Shown: positions 28,442 to 44,427 of the stretch, one piece after another
Layout: each line of letters opens with the position of its first letter
Numbering within the stretch: the first letter of the stretch is position 1
Assembly (NCBI GenBank): GCA_963749495.1
Contig: CAVVMW010000014.1
Location: forward strand, 192,001 to 256,000
Source of the DNA: an uncultured bacterium
GTDB lineage: Bacteria; Verrucomicrobiota; Verrucomicrobiia; Limisphaerales; UBA8199
Direction: 5' to 3'
DNA length: 64,000 nucleotides
The notes under the pieces: model-generated
What the model was told of the DNA's origin: nothing
Databases searched by the model: none
What the model saw: only the letters and a program-made list of their open reading frames with translations
Made by a program: the position numbers and the translations under genes

Positions 28442-29278
28442 GTGGAAATCAAGAAAGCCATCATAACGGCCGCTGGCAGGGCCCAGCGGACATTGCCATT
28501 GCAGGCGCTGGTGGATCGCGACGGGCAGACCAAGGCGGCGTTGCGCATCCTGATCGAGGAGGTCCTTTGTGCCGACATCGAGGAGATCTGCGTGGTGGTG
28601 TGTCCCGGGGACCAAGGAGCGTATCGGGCGGCGGCGGGCGAGTTGGGCAAGCGGTTGCGGTTTGTGGAGCAAGGCGGCGCCTTGGGCTATGGCCATGCGG
28701 TTTCGTGCGCCGGCGAGTTTGCCGCGGGCCAGCCGTTCCTGCTGCTGGTGGGCGACCATCTCTACGTCAGCGGGGGCGAGAAACGCTCGGCCCAGCAGTT
28801 AGTCGCGATAGCCGCCGCGGAAAACTGCGCGGTCTCCGCCGTCCAGGCCACTCACGAGAGCAAGCTGCCGTATTACGGCGCGGTCGGCGGGCGCCTGGTG
28901 CCGGGCCGCAAGGGCCTTTACGAGGTCTCCGACGTGCTGGAAAAGCCCACGCCGACCGAGGCCGAGCAGCGCCTGATTGTGCCCGGCCTGCGCGCGGGCC
29001 ATTACCTCTGTTTCTTCGGGATGCACGTGCTCACGCCGGCAGTCATGGAGTTACTCCAGGAAGACACGCGGCGGACGGGCGCCGGCAACGTCTCGCTCAC
29101 CCCGGCCCTTTCCGAACTGGCGCGGCGCGAGCGCTACCTGGCCTGTGAATTACAGGGCCGCCGCTATGACATCGATGTGAAGTACGGCTTGCTCACGGCC
29201 CAGTTGGCCCTGGCCCTGGACGGACAGGACCGGGACGAGGTCCTGGCCGGGCTGGTGGAACTGCTGGCCAGGCGCTGA
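28442..29278 (+). CDS. Sugar-phosphate nucleotidyltransferase (GalU-like)
   Basis: [31 protein letters not shown]. Confidence 0.85.
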   Translation: MEIKKAIITAAGRAQRTLPLQALVDRDGQTKAALRILIEEVLCADIEEICVVVCPGDQGAYRAAAGELGKRLRFVEQGGALGYGHAVSCAGEFAAGQPFLLLVGDHLYVSGGEKRSAQQLVAIAAAENCAVSAVQATHESKLPYYGAVGGRLVPGRKGLYEVSDVLEKPTPTEAEQRLIVPGLRAGHYLCFFGMHVLTPAVMELLQEDTRRTGAGNVSLTPALSELARRERYLACELQGRRYDIDVKYGLLTAQLALALDGQDRDEVLAGLVELLARR

Positions 29279-29290
29279 GGCCCTTGGCTT

Positions 29291-29638
29291 ATGAACCCTT
29301 ACGTCACACTCCCCCACAACAAGAAGCTCAACCTGCTTCGCAGCCATTGCCCTACCTGCGATTGGCCCGACCTGGACCAGGAACAATGGTGCCTGCACTG
29401 CGGCCGCAAATTCTCCGGCCACGCCGCCCGCGTCTGGCGCAGCGAGGATGGCCGGCTCTGGCTGGAGTGCGGCACCCCCAATTGCGACGGCTCACCCATC
29501 GATTGGGCGCCCTATCCCTGGTGGGACCCAAAACACCCCGCCACAAAAGAGTTCCTCAAGGCCGCCAAAAAATCCTGGCGCCGGCGACGGGGCAAGAGGG
29601 ATGCCGCAGCCCACGATGACGACGATGTGCCCTTTTAG
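29291..29638 (+). CDS. Small Cys-rich hypothetical protein
   Basis: 115-aa ORF between co-oriented genes; WCLHCG..ECGTPNCDGSPIDW; ends DDDDVPF. Confidence 0.6.
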   Translation: MNPYVTLPHNKKLNLLRSHCPTCDWPDLDQEQWCLHCGRKFSGHAARVWRSEDGRLWLECGTPNCDGSPIDWAPYPWWDPKHPATKEFLKAAKKSWRRRRGKRDAAAHDDDDVPF

Positions 29639-29716
29639 CCAGAACCGCGTCAGCGGCCCCGGCAGCCGGCCCGTCGTGTCCGACACGTCCGACACGTCCG
29701 ACTGACCGAAGGTGCC

Positions 29717-32700
29717 ATGCCTGACCTCATCTCCATCATCACCTCCACCGACCCGGCGCTGCGCGACCTGGCGCTGGATGCCGTCTGCGCCGGGCTGTCG
29801 CTCGACGAGTTGCTCGGCCAATGCGCCGCCCTCGAGGCCTTCCGCCGCCAACGGGAGAACCTTTACGAGCGGGTCCGGGCGCTGCTCTTTCTTTACGCCA
29901 TCCACCGGTTCCATCTCCCGGACCGGCTGACGGGGCCTTGCCGGCCGGAGGGCCGCGCGTCGCGCTCCCGCATTCCGTTTGCCGGTTACGAACATCTGCT
30001 CCAGCGGCGCTTTGAAGAGGCGATTGACCGGTTTCTGGCCGTGCAACAGGCGGAGGGCCCGAGCGACGCGGTCTCCAGCGCACTGGCAGCCGCGTATCAT
30101 CGGCTGGCCTTCCAGACCCTGGCCGACCAGGTGCGGCGCAGCGTGCGCTCGGTGCGCGGCAACCAGTGGATGTTCCGCATGGGGCACCCGGCCGATCAGC
30201 CCCTGCGCCTGAGGCCGGAGTTGCTCCAGCGGGACGCGGGCAACGGCACCTACCCGAGCCTGCGCGAGCGCACGCCGGTGCGGATGGACCTGACGCACTG
30301 CGGGTGGAGCGACATCTTTTTCCTGGGCATGGATTTCCCCGAGGGCGCCAAGGTGCTCAACGTCTCGATCGACCTTGGGGTACACGGGCGCGATGCGGCG
30401 CCGCGCCCGCCCGTGGAGGCCTGCCTGCGCGTGATCGAGGAGCCGTTGTTGCGCCTGGTGAGCGTGGACCTGGAGGCCTGCGCCGACATCTCGAACCTGG
30501 CGGAGGTGTTCGACTTTGCCAAGGACTACCTCGGGCTGCTCAAGGCGGCGGTCATCGCCTCGGGCATCGTGCCGCCCGGCATCGAAGGCTCGGGCCAGAG
30601 CCTGGCCGAATTGCTGGCGCGCATCGCCGGGCCGGGGCGCGGCCTCGAACTGGTCAGCAGCGTGAACAACATCCCCAAGGGGTCGCGCCTGGCCGTCTCG
30701 ACGACGCTGCTGGCGGCGCTGGTGAGCGTGTGCATGCGGGCGACCGGCCAGGCCGCCTCGCTCACCGGGCCGCTCCAGGAGCACGAGCGCCGCCTGGTCC
30801 TGGCCCGCGCGCTCCTGGGCGAGTGGCTGGGTGGCTCGGGCGGCGGTTGGCAGGACTCCGGCGGGGTCTGGCCGGGCATGAAGCTCATCGAAGGCGTCCT
30901 GGCCTGCCCGGGCGACCCCGACTTGGGCATCAGCCGCGGCCGCTTGATGCCGCAACACCGCATCCTGGGCCAGGACGAGGCCTCCGCAGAGACCCGCCAC
31001 CGGCTCCAGCAGAGCCTGGTCCTGGTCCATGGCGGCATGGCCCAGAACGTGGGGCCCGATCCTCGAGATGGTGACCGAGAAGTACCTGCTCCGTTCGCAG
31101 GCTGAATGGCGCGCGCGCCAAGGCATGCTGGGCATCCTCGATGAAATCCTGGCCGCCCTGCGCCGGGGCGACGTGCAGGCCATCGGCGCGGCCACCACGC
31201 GCAACTTCAGGCAGCCCATTCAGACCATCATCCCCTGGGCGACAAACTATTTCACAGAAACCCTCATCGAACGCGTCCGGGCCGAATTCGGCGCCGCATT
31301 CTGGGGTTTCTGGATGCTGGGCGGGATGTCCGGCGGCGGGATGGGCTTCATCTTCGCCCCCGAGAGCAAGGCCCAGGCCCAGGAACGCCTCCAGGAAATG
31401 ATGTCCGCCGCCAAACGGGAACTGCAGAGCGCCTTGCCCTTTGCCATGGAGCCCGTCGTGTACGATTTCGCCATCAACGAACGCGGCACGTTCGCCGAGT
31501 TGCTGGCGGGGCAGGCGGCGCTGATGCCCCCGGGCTATTACACGCTCATAGTTCCGGGCCTCTTGCGCCAGGAACGACACGCGCTCTCCCCGTTGCGCCG
31601 GGCTGAGTTGGACAAATTCGGCGCCGCTTGCCGCACCCGGCCCGAGCTGCGCGGTGTCGTCCAGACGTTCTTCGATGTCATGCTGCCTCGGGGCAAAGCC
31701 GAATTGGCCGGCGGCGCGTCCCTGGCTGCGTTGCTCGAGGCCCACGGCTTCGATCGCCTCCAGCACGAACAGATCCGGTCCGACTTGAAAGAGGGCCGGA
31801 TCGGCCTGGCCCAAAACCGGCTGCCCGCAAGCGATGTCATCGAGGACGTCCCGCCTGAGGACGTGGTGGATGTCTCGGACTGGGTGCAGTGCGGCGTGGC
31901 GCACTCCCTCTCCCCATCGGATGCAGAGAGGACGCGGAGACCCGGAGACGCGGAGACCCGGAGACAGAGTCCGGTCTCCCCCTCCCCATCCGATGGGGAG
32001 AGGGCTGGGGCGAGGGGTCTGGATGGCCCGCCCCCCGCGCTTCGCGACCTTGGCCTGGCCTCGCTCCGGAACGGCGAGGCCGCCGTCGTGACCCTGTCCG
32101 CCGGGGCCGGCAGCCGGTGGACCCAAGGCGCGGGCGTGGTCAAGGCCCTGCACCCGTTCTGCGAACTGGCCGGCGCGCACCGTACCTTCATCGAGACGCA
32201 CCTGGCCAAGAGCCGCCTCGTCTCACGTCAGGCCGGCGCACCCGTGCCGCACCTCTTCACCACCAGCTACCTAACCCACGCGCCCATCGAGGAATTTCTC
32301 CGACGCCAGGGAAATTACGGCTACGAGGGTCCGCTCTTCCTCTCGCCCGGCAGATCCGTGGGGCTGCGCCTGGTCCCCATGGTGCGCGACTTGCGCTTTG
32401 CCTGGGAGGAGATGCCGCAGCAGATTCTCGACGAGCAGCAGCAAAAGGTGCGCGAGAGCCTCCGCCACGCCCTCATCAACTGGGCGCGCGGCGCCGGCGA
32501 GGCCAGCGATTACACCGACAATGTGCCCCTGCAATGCCTCCATCCAGTCGGCCACTGGTACGAGGTGCCCAACCTGTTGCGTAACGGGGTCCTGGCCCGG
32601 CTCCTGGCCCAGCGCCCGCAACTCAAGTACCTGCTCCTGCACAACATCGATACCCTGGGCGCAAACCTTGACCCCGCTTTGCTCGGCCTCCACATCCACA

Positions 32701-33203
32701 GCGGCGCCTGCCTCACCTTCGAGGTCATCACCCGCCGCCTCGAAGACCGCGGCGGCGGTCTCGCCCGCGTCAACGGCCGCGTCCGGCTCGTCGAGGGCCT
32801 GGCCATGCCCCGCGAGGAGGACGAGTTCGCCTTGAGCTATTACAACTCGAACACGTGCTGGATCGACCTGGACCGCCTGCTGCGCGCCTTCGGCCTCACG
32901 CGCGCCGCCCTGAGCGACGAGGCGGCGGTCACCGCCGCCATCCGCCACCTGGCCGCCAGGATGCCCGCTTACATCACGCTCAAGGATGTCAAGAAACGCT
33001 GGGGCCACGGCCAGGAAGACATCTTCCCGATCACGCAGTTCGAGAAGCTGTGGGTGGACATGACCGGGCTGCCGGAGATCGAGTCCCGCTTCGTCGTGGT
33101 GCCGCGCCTGCGCGGCCAGCAACTCAAGGACCAGGCCCAACTCGACGGCTGGCTGCGCGACGGCTCCGCCGCCTCCGTCGAGGCCCTGTGCGAGTGGGAG
33201 TAG
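29717..33203 (+). CDS. GHMP-kinase-like domain fused to UDP-sugar pyrophosphorylase (frameshift near 31058, likely error)
   Basis: [29 protein letters not shown] (GHMP); [31 protein letters not shown] (UDPGP family). Confidence 0.8.
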
Positions 33204-33214
33204 CCCCCCAGCCT

Positions 33215-34711
33215 ATGCAGAAACCGCGCCTGAGCTTCTGGCAGATCTGGAGCATGAGTTTTGGCTTCCTCGGCATCCAGTTCGGCTGGGGGCTGCAGAT
33301 GGCGAACATGAGCGCCATCTACAAGTACCTTGGCGCCAAGGAAGAGGAAATCCCCATGCTCTGGCTGGCGGCGCCCCTGACCGGGCTGCTGGTCCAGCCG
33401 ATCATCGGGTCCATGAGCGACCAGACCTGGTGCTGGCTGGGGCGGCGGCGGCCTTACTTCACCGTCGGCGCGGTCCTCTCAAGCCTCGCGCTGTTCTTCA
33501 TGCCGGACGCGCCGGCGCTGTGGGCCGCGGCCACGATGCTGTGGATTCTGGATGCCTCGATCAACATCAGCATGGAACCGTTCCGCGCCTTCGTCGCGGA
33601 CAAGTTGCCGGACGCGCAGCGGACGGCGGGCTTTGTGATGCAGAGCTTCTTCATAGGCATCGGCGCGGCGGTTGCCAATGCGCTGCCTGACATCCTGGGC
33701 CATTTCGGCGTCACCGGCAACGCGCCCAATGGCGTCCCTTACACCGTGCAATACGCCTTCAAGCTGGGCGGCCTGGTTTTCTTGTTGGCCGTGCTTTACA
33801 CCGTGGCCGCGTCGAGGGAATACCCGCCGGACAACCTCGAGGAATTCCGGCGCAAGAAGAGCGAGCGGGCCGGGTTCGGGGTGCAACCGGCCGCGCTGCT
33901 GTGGGGAGGGCTTGCCGGCGCGGCGCTCGGGGCGGCGCGCGGCGGCCTGGTCGACCAGCACCTGACCCCATGGCATGTGCTGGCGGGCGGCGCCATCGGG
34001 GCGGCGATCGGGGCGGTCCTGAGCGGCCCGCAGGTTGCCTCGGCGATCAAAGAGATGCCCACGACGATGAAGCAGCTTGCAGCGGTGCAGTTTTTCACCT
34101 GGCTGGGCCTGTTCTGCATGTGGATGTTCTTTGGCTTGGCCACCGCACAGCAGATCTTCGGCGCCACGGATCCCAAGGCCCCCGGGTTTGACGAGGGCAT
34201 CGCCCTCGGGGGCCGGGCATTTGCCTGGTATTCGGTTGTCTGCTTTGCCGTGGCCTTGGTGCTGCCGCTCCTGGCGCGGGTGACCAGCCGCAAGTTTGTC
34301 CATGGCCTGGCCCTGGCGGCCGGCGGCCTCAGCCTCCTGGCCACCGGTTTCATCCATGACCGCCTCCTGTGGCAGCTCACCATGGGCGGCGTCGGCATCG
34401 CCTGGGCTTCCATCCTGGCGATGCCTTACGCGATGCTTTCCGGGGCACTGCCCGCCCAGCGCATGGGCGTGTACATGGGCATCTTCAACTTCTGCATCGT
34501 CGTGCCGGAAATCCTGGCCGCCGTTGGACTCAAGCCCATCGTCAAGGGCCTGTTCGAGAATGACCCGGTCAAAGTCGTGATGCTCGGCGGGGTCTCGATG
34601 CTGGTGGCGGCGGCGCTGGTTGCGCGAGTCCGAGATGTTGGGGCGAGGAAGGAGCGCCCCGGCCATGAGGAACCGACGCCGGTTCCGGCGGGCGCAGACC
34701 CAAGACCTTGA
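33215..34711 (+). CDS. SLC45/MalT-like MFS sugar transporter
   Basis: [41 protein letters not shown]; multiple TM helices. Confidence 0.9.
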   Translation: MQKPRLSFWQIWSMSFGFLGIQFGWGLQMANMSAIYKYLGAKEEEIPMLWLAAPLTGLLVQPIIGSMSDQTWCWLGRRRPYFTVGAVLSSLALFFMPDAPALWAAATMLWILDASINISMEPFRAFVADKLPDAQRTAGFVMQSFFIGIGAAVANALPDILGHFGVTGNAPNGVPYTVQYAFKLGGLVFLLAVLYTVAASREYPPDNLEEFRRKKSERAGFGVQPAALLWGGLAGAALGAARGGLVDQHLTPWHVLAGGAIGAAIGAVLSGPQVASAIKEMPTTMKQLAAVQFFTWLGLFCMWMFFGLATAQQIFGATDPKAPGFDEGIALGGRAFAWYSVVCFAVALVLPLLARVTSRKFVHGLALAAGGLSLLATGFIHDRLLWQLTMGGVGIAWASILAMPYAMLSGALPAQRMGVYMGIFNFCIVVPEILAAVGLKPIVKGLFENDPVKVVMLGGVSMLVAAALVARVRDVGARKERPGHEEPTPVPAGADPRP

Positions 34712-34763
34712 AGTCCGACCCGTCTGACTCGTCCGACTCGCCTGACAAAAGAGCCCGAGAACG

Positions 34764-36157
34764 CTATTGACCGGAGCGCTGGTAAATCCGCCACTCGAAT
34801 CCGTTGAGGCGAAAGAGCGGGAACTCGCCCGGCGGGCACGGGGGCATGCCCGTAATCCGCACCGGTTTGAATTCCTGGTTGTGCGCCACCTCCACCCAGC
34901 CGACCAGCGGGCGGTTGGAGAAGTTGATGAGCGCGACGAATTGCTCATTGGCCTCCAGGCGCATGAAGCTGACCAGGTCGGTCTCCTGGGAATTGCGCAG
35001 CCAGACCACGCGGTCATTGCGGAAGGCCGCGTGCTGCTTGCGCAGGCGGATGAGGTCGCGGTAGATGTCGCGGAACGGAGGACGGTCCTTGGGTTTCCAG
35101 AAGATCGGGAGCCTTTCGAACAGCGCCGGGTCGCCGGATTCGGTGGCATCGCCCACCTCCATGCCGTTGTAGAGCAGCGGGACGCCGTCCAGGCTGAACA
35201 TGAGCGCGGCGGCGGCCAGGGCGCCCCGGGCGCCGAACCGCGCCACGGCGCGGGCCTCATCGTGGTTATCCGAAAAGCGGAGGTGGAGGGAACGCTGGGG
35301 GAACTGCCGCCGCGACTCCTCCCAGGAGCGTTTGAATTCCGTGGCCGGCGCGCCGTTGAGCAGCACGTTATTGAGCGCCCCGTGCAACGGCCACGAGTAA
35401 TCGGCGTCAAAGGCCTTGACCAGCAGGTCGGGCTTGCTCGCCTCGGCCAGCAGCATGATGTCCGGCTTGAGGCCGGCCAACTCCCGCCGCGCCTGGTCCC
35501 AAAAGTCCGTGGGCACCATGAACGCCACGTCGCACCTGAAACCGTCCAGGTCGAACGTGGCGGGGTCGAGCCAGTGCTTGAGCATCGCGATCATGTACTG
35601 GCGCAGCTCGGCGTTCTGGTAATTCAGGCCGGCCACGTCCGTCCATGCGGGGTCCGGCGGGATGATCTTGCCGCCGGCGTCCTGCTTGTAAAACTCCGGG
35701 TGCTGCATCAAGACGCTGTCCCACGCGGTATGGTTGATCACCATGTCCAGGATGACCCGGAGCCCGCGTTTGTGGGCCTCCGAGACCAACCGCTTCAAAT
35801 CGGCCTCCGTGCCGTAATCGGGGTTGATCGCGTAATAATCCCGCACTGCGTAGGGCTCCCGAGCGTGCCCTTGCGCAGCTTCTGGCCCAGCGGATGGATC
35901 GGCATCAGCCACAGAATGTCCACCCCCAGGTCTTTCAGTTCGTCCAGCCGGGCGGTGACCCCGTTGAAGTTGCCCTCCAGCGAGAAATCACGCGGGAAGA
36001 TCTCATACACGATCCCGTCGCGCAGCCAGGTTGGCGCCGTCCGCGCCGTCTGCCGGTTGGCCTCCTGGCCGCGCAACGGCAGCGTCAGGAACGACAACCC
36101 GACAGAAAGCCACCTCAGAAAACCCGAACGAGTTGCCGGTCCCAAAGTCCTGTTCAT
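34764..36157 (-). CDS. GH13 alpha-amylase family protein (frameshift near 35860, likely error)
   Basis: YEIFPRDF, LGVDILWLMPIHP, DMVINHT, DGFRCDVA, LAE, NHDE. Confidence 0.9.
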
Positions 36158-36333
36158 GCCCTCGATTAGGGGCCAGCGCGGCGCTCTGCGCAACCAAAAA
36201 TTTTCCTTGAAAAAACTCTTGCGCGTTTGCGGGATTCGAGTATTCTCGCTCCCCTGTTCTTTGCGAGCTGGGTAACGGACCAGGCCCGGGCGGGGGCCTG
36301 CGGAGGCGCGAGAAAAAAAAGAGAAAAAAGGTA

Positions 36334-36439
36334 TTGACTGCCGGCTGGGGACCAGTAAACTGCGCGTGTTGCCCGAAGTGGCGGCACCGGCTGAAAAAGT
36401 GAAGAAACCTGTTGACAGCCGGCACAACCGGGGTAAATT
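36334..36439 (+). promoter_or_regulatory. Tandem rRNA promoters P1/P2
   Basis: TTGACT-16-TAAACT (36334-36361) with A-rich UP element; TTGACA-16-TAAATT (36412-36439). Confidence 0.75.
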
Positions 36440-36733
36440 GGTTGTGGAATAACTAAGGTCTGAGAGGCCGAGGTGAAGAGTGAATCGGCCCTCGGACTTT
36501 TTGTCCTCGAATCGGGGACTGAAAACTGCGGGGCGCGGCCGGAGACGGCGCAGGGGAGCGCACGAGATTTTTCGGGTGGAAACACCCGCTGCTCATTGAA
36601 AATTGAATTGTGCGATAAGTTAAGAGCCCCTTCAGAGCCATCCAGTTAGTGGGATGGCATTGAAGAGTTTTAAAGAAGTGATGGCCGCCCGGTTCTCACG
36701 GACCGGGCAAAGTCACGAATCAACTAACGTTTT

Positions 36734-38312
<1,579 letters not shown>

Positions 38313-38543
38313 ACACGGGTGCGGGGTCAAAACCGCACTCCAGGTCGATCAGCCCCTCGGGGCTGATTCGGGCTCGGCTTATCGCACAATTCAGTTTTCA
38401 GCGGGCGGCTGTTCTTTGGCTCTTGGCAAGTGGGCAAGTGGATGAGACTCGGCCCGCGCTCCCAGGTTCTCAGCTTCCCCGGCCCCGGGCCCGCCCGGCG
38501 GCCGGGCAACTTGAAAACCTGGTCGCAGTTCTGAATTGAAACC

Positions 38544-38619
38544 GGGGCTGTAGCTCAGTTGGTAGAGCGGTAGCTTTGCAAGCTATAGGTCGGGAGTTCG
38601 AGTCTCCTCAGCTCCACCA
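38544..38619 (+). tRNA. tRNA-Ala(TGC)
   Basis: GGGGCTGTAGCTCAG.., TT-TGC-AA loop, CCA end. Confidence 0.97.
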
Positions 38620-38678
38620 GCTTTCCAGTTTCAGATTTGAAATTTGAAATTCGAAATTCGAATTGCGGCCTGCCGCCT

Positions 38679-38755
38679 GGGCGTGTAGCTCAGTTGGTTA
38701 GAGCACGCGCTTGATAAGCGCGGGGTCACTGGTTCAAGTCCAGTCACGCCCACCA
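38679..38755 (+). tRNA. tRNA-Ile(GAT)
   Basis: GGGCGTGTAGCTCAG.., TT-GAT-AA loop, CCA end. Confidence 0.97.
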
Positions 38756-38987
38756 GCCCGGGCCGCAAGCCGGGGCCGGGAGCGGCCGCTTGCGGAAGAG
38801 ACGATTTTCCGGACGGAGTCAGCCGGGGGCGCAACCCTTGGCGGGGACGGTTCGGACCTGTTCTTTGAAAACTGCACATAGGTAGATAACTAGGGCAAAT
38901 TACAGTTCGCTGAGTTCCCCCTGCCCTTTCCTTGCCGGGAAAGGGCGCGCTCCCTCCAGAGTTGGAGAAAGAGCGGGGTCAACTTTG

Positions 38988-41922
<2,935 letters not shown>

Positions 41923-42156
41923 GCTTTTCCCTTTCCTGCCCTCGGGCGGGGAGCGAGAGCGATTTTAACTCGCGAACGTAATTCCCTGTTTTCTCCTGTG
42001 TGCAGTTTCCAGAGAACAGGCGCCCAGCCGGCGGCGCTCGTCCGCCGCGGCTTGCGGCTCTTTGAATCAATTTTAGCGTGATCGGCGGATCCGTGGTCCG
42101 GCACGGCCTCCTTGCAGGCCAATCGCCAGCCATCGGCCGCCTGTCACCGACGCTTT

Positions 42157-42272
42157 TTTGGTGGCCATAAAGCTGTGGCCCGACCCGTTCCCATTCCGAA
42201 CACGGCCGTCAAACACAGTCTTGCCGATGGTAGTGGTTGTATAGCTTCCGCGAGAGTAGGTTGCCGCCAGAT
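42157..42272 (+). rRNA. rrf: 5S rRNA
   Basis: CCCGTTCCCATTCCGAACACGG..GCCGATGGTAG..GAGAGTAGG. Confidence 0.95.
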
Positions 42273-42358
42273 TCTTCTTCCAAGCCGGGGCGAAAGTCCC
42301 GGCTTTTCTTTGGCCTGGGGAGCGATCAAACCCGTCGGTCAGCCCACGGCGCCTTTTT

Positions 42359-42548
42359 GCCCCGAAGGGGCTTTCGACAATAGCCCGGCGTTTCAACGCC
42401 CGGTGAGCGCACCCAAGGAGCAGGTCCGTCCCGAAGGGACGGCTGAAAGCAGGGGGTTTTCTCAGTCGTCCCTACGGGACGAGGGTCCCTTTTGTGGCCT
42501 CCCCGGCGTTGAAACGCCGGGCTATTCTCAGGTGTCCCTCCGGGACAC
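42359..42548. repeat. REP cluster (GTCCCGAAGGGAC / AATAGCCCGGCGTTTCAACGCC) forming a long inverted repeat
   Basis: aatagcccggcgtttcaacgcc near 42379 and its reverse complement near 42505; flanking gtccc...gggac palindromes. Confidence 0.75.
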
Positions 42549-42631
42549 AACTCCCGAGGCGCATGCCCGACGCTTTTAATCGCAGCCTTGCCCTTGCGCG
42601 CCGTTGAACTTCAACTTAAACTTCAGCCCTG

Positions 42632-42898
42632 ATGAAGACCGTGACGATGTTGGAGTTTCGGAGGAACGCCCAAGGCATTCTCCGCCGGGTGGCCCAGGGG
42701 GAGCGGTTCCTCCTCTCGCATCGCAGGCGTCCTGCCGCGCGGTTGGAGGCGGTCGATGCCCCAGGCGCGTCGGATCCGGCGAACGATCCATTTCTGACGA
42801 TCGGCCGCCGCGCAGTCCCGAGCCCCAAAGGCAGGACCAGTCATGCGGACATAGACCGCTTCCTTTACGGACTGCGTGAGCTTTGCGTTGATGCCTGA
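42632..42898 (+). CDS. Phd/YefM-family antitoxin
   Basis: MKTVTMLEFRRNAQGILRRVAQGERFLLSHRRRPAARL. Confidence 0.85.
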   Translation: MKTVTMLEFRRNAQGILRRVAQGERFLLSHRRRPAARLEAVDAPGASDPANDPFLTIGRRAVPSPKGRTSHADIDRFLYGLRELCVDA

Positions 42899-42978
42899 GC
42901 TGAAGATCCAGGGTCCTTCACGGCCGACCACCACTTCCAGCAGGCCGGCTTCAATCCCCTCCTGCAGAAACGAGAGTG
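42864..42978 (+). pseudogene. VapC/PIN toxin C-terminal remnant
   Basis: Frames read FTDCVSFALMPELKIQ and FTADHHFQQAGF; N-terminal part absent. Confidence 0.75.
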
Positions 42979-43022
42979 ATTTTCCCTTGTCTTCGCCCGC
43001 CGATTTGTGTATTTCACACACT

Positions 43023-43283
43023 ATGAGACAAGCTACTGCCACCGCCGTTGCAAGAAACTTCGGCGAGTTCCTCGGCGAGGTGGAGCGCGGCCAAACCGTG
43101 CAGGTGCTAAAACATGGACGGCCAGTCGCGCGCATCGTGCCGGACTGCGGCTTTATGGACGGGAAGAAAGCGGCGGCGCTGTTTGCTGACCATGTTCCCG
43201 ATCCCGAGACCGCGGATGCCATCGAGAAGGAACTCGCCCGTTTGAGACAAGAGGAAGAGGATGCCCTGGCTCATCGATACTGA
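43023..43283 (+). CDS. Phd/YefM-family antitoxin
   Basis: MRQATATAVARNFGEFLGEVERGQTVQVLKHGRPVARIVP. Confidence 0.85.
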   Translation: MRQATATAVARNFGEFLGEVERGQTVQVLKHGRPVARIVPDCGFMDGKKAAALFADHVPDPETADAIEKELARLRQEEEDALAHRY

Positions 43284-43314
43284 TCAATGGGCTGCCCTTG
43301 TGGAAATCCGTTGA
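43261..43314 (+). pseudogene. VapC/PIN toxin N-terminal remnant
   Basis: MPWLIDTDQWAALVEIR* overlapping the antitoxin end; LIDT is the first PIN motif. Confidence 0.55.
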
Positions 43315-43486
43315 CAACGGCCTCTTCGGAAGAACGTGGCTGACCGGGGTCTTTGGACGAACCTCATCGTGAGGCGTCGCGGCAGGAATCCTCATCGTTG
43401 ATGCGGCTTGCGGAGGGAGGGGCTTGTGGCCATGCTCGTGGCATGCCGGTCCCAGGTGGCAATCTCAGGCAGGCCCAAGTTCTCCC

Positions 43487-44133
43487 ATGAAGGACAAACC
43501 GTTGTTCCGACTTCCTTCTCCGTTTTCATTCCTGTTGGTCCTGGTCATTGGCGCGGCTGTCTGCCGGGCCGGCGGGATCGACCTGCTCGAACGCTACCCG
43601 ACCAAGTTGACCGAGGGGGATGGGGAGGGCGGCCACGCCCGGGCCTGGCAATTCACGGGGGCTGATATCTTCAGTGTCTCAATGTCGTCCTGCGCCCAGG
43701 TGTGGACTGGGCCGGGCTGCGCGAGCAATGGCGTCCGAAGGTCGAGCAGTGCAAGAGCGCCGAGGAATTCGCCGGCGTCTGCGCCGAGTTGTTGAAACCG
43801 TTGCGCAACCTGCACGTCTGGCTGACGGTGTCGGGCAGGAATGTGCCGGTCTTCAACAGGCCCCGCGCCTCCAATTCCAATCCCTCGGCCCATCGCGCCA
43901 TCCTCGGGGAGTTGAAACGCCAGGGAAACGTCCAGTGGGCGGTCACGTCTGACCACGTCGGTTTCCTGGCGATCTATGGCTGGAGCGACTCGGCCATTCC
44001 GGGCCAGTGCGACGAGGCGCTGGAGGAGATGCGCGGGACGCGGGGCCTGGTGCTGGACGTGCGGCTCAACGGGGGCGGCAGCGAAGACCTGGCGCAGGAG
44101 GTCGCCGGGCGTTTCCTGTCCAGGCAGTTTTAG
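43487..44133 (+). pseudogene. Fragmentary S41-family peptidase
   Basis: Signal-peptide-like start; DWAGLREQWRP..LKPLRNLH..GLVLDVRLNGGG; stops before the catalytic Ser motif. Confidence 0.6.
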
Positions 44134-44160
44134 AGGCGCGAGTGGCAAGCGCCCCCAGGC

Positions 44161-44333
44161 GGGCGCATCCCGACACAGCCCCCGCCGCCGGGGGCCGGAC
44201 CGGAGTGCGCCCGTCCGCGGGCGCAGCGACGTCCGGAGCCAGGGCAGCGGTCAAATACTCCAGTGCGCCTGCCCGCTCCGTCGCTGCTGCGCCCGGGGAC
44301 GGGCGCACTCCGGGGGCAGTGTCAGGATGCGCC
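44161..44333. repeat. REP-like family B copy
   Basis: gggcgcatcc.gacac.gccc termini; ggagtgcgcccgtcc..gggcgcagc / gctgcgcccggggacgggcgcactcc. Confidence 0.88.
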
Positions 44334-44427
44334 CGCCAGGCTCTCCCGGCACTCGGCACTCGACACGCGACACTGCTGCCCGGATACTCTTGAACCAAGG
44401 TCCAAGACAATGAAAGTGACTTAGTAA

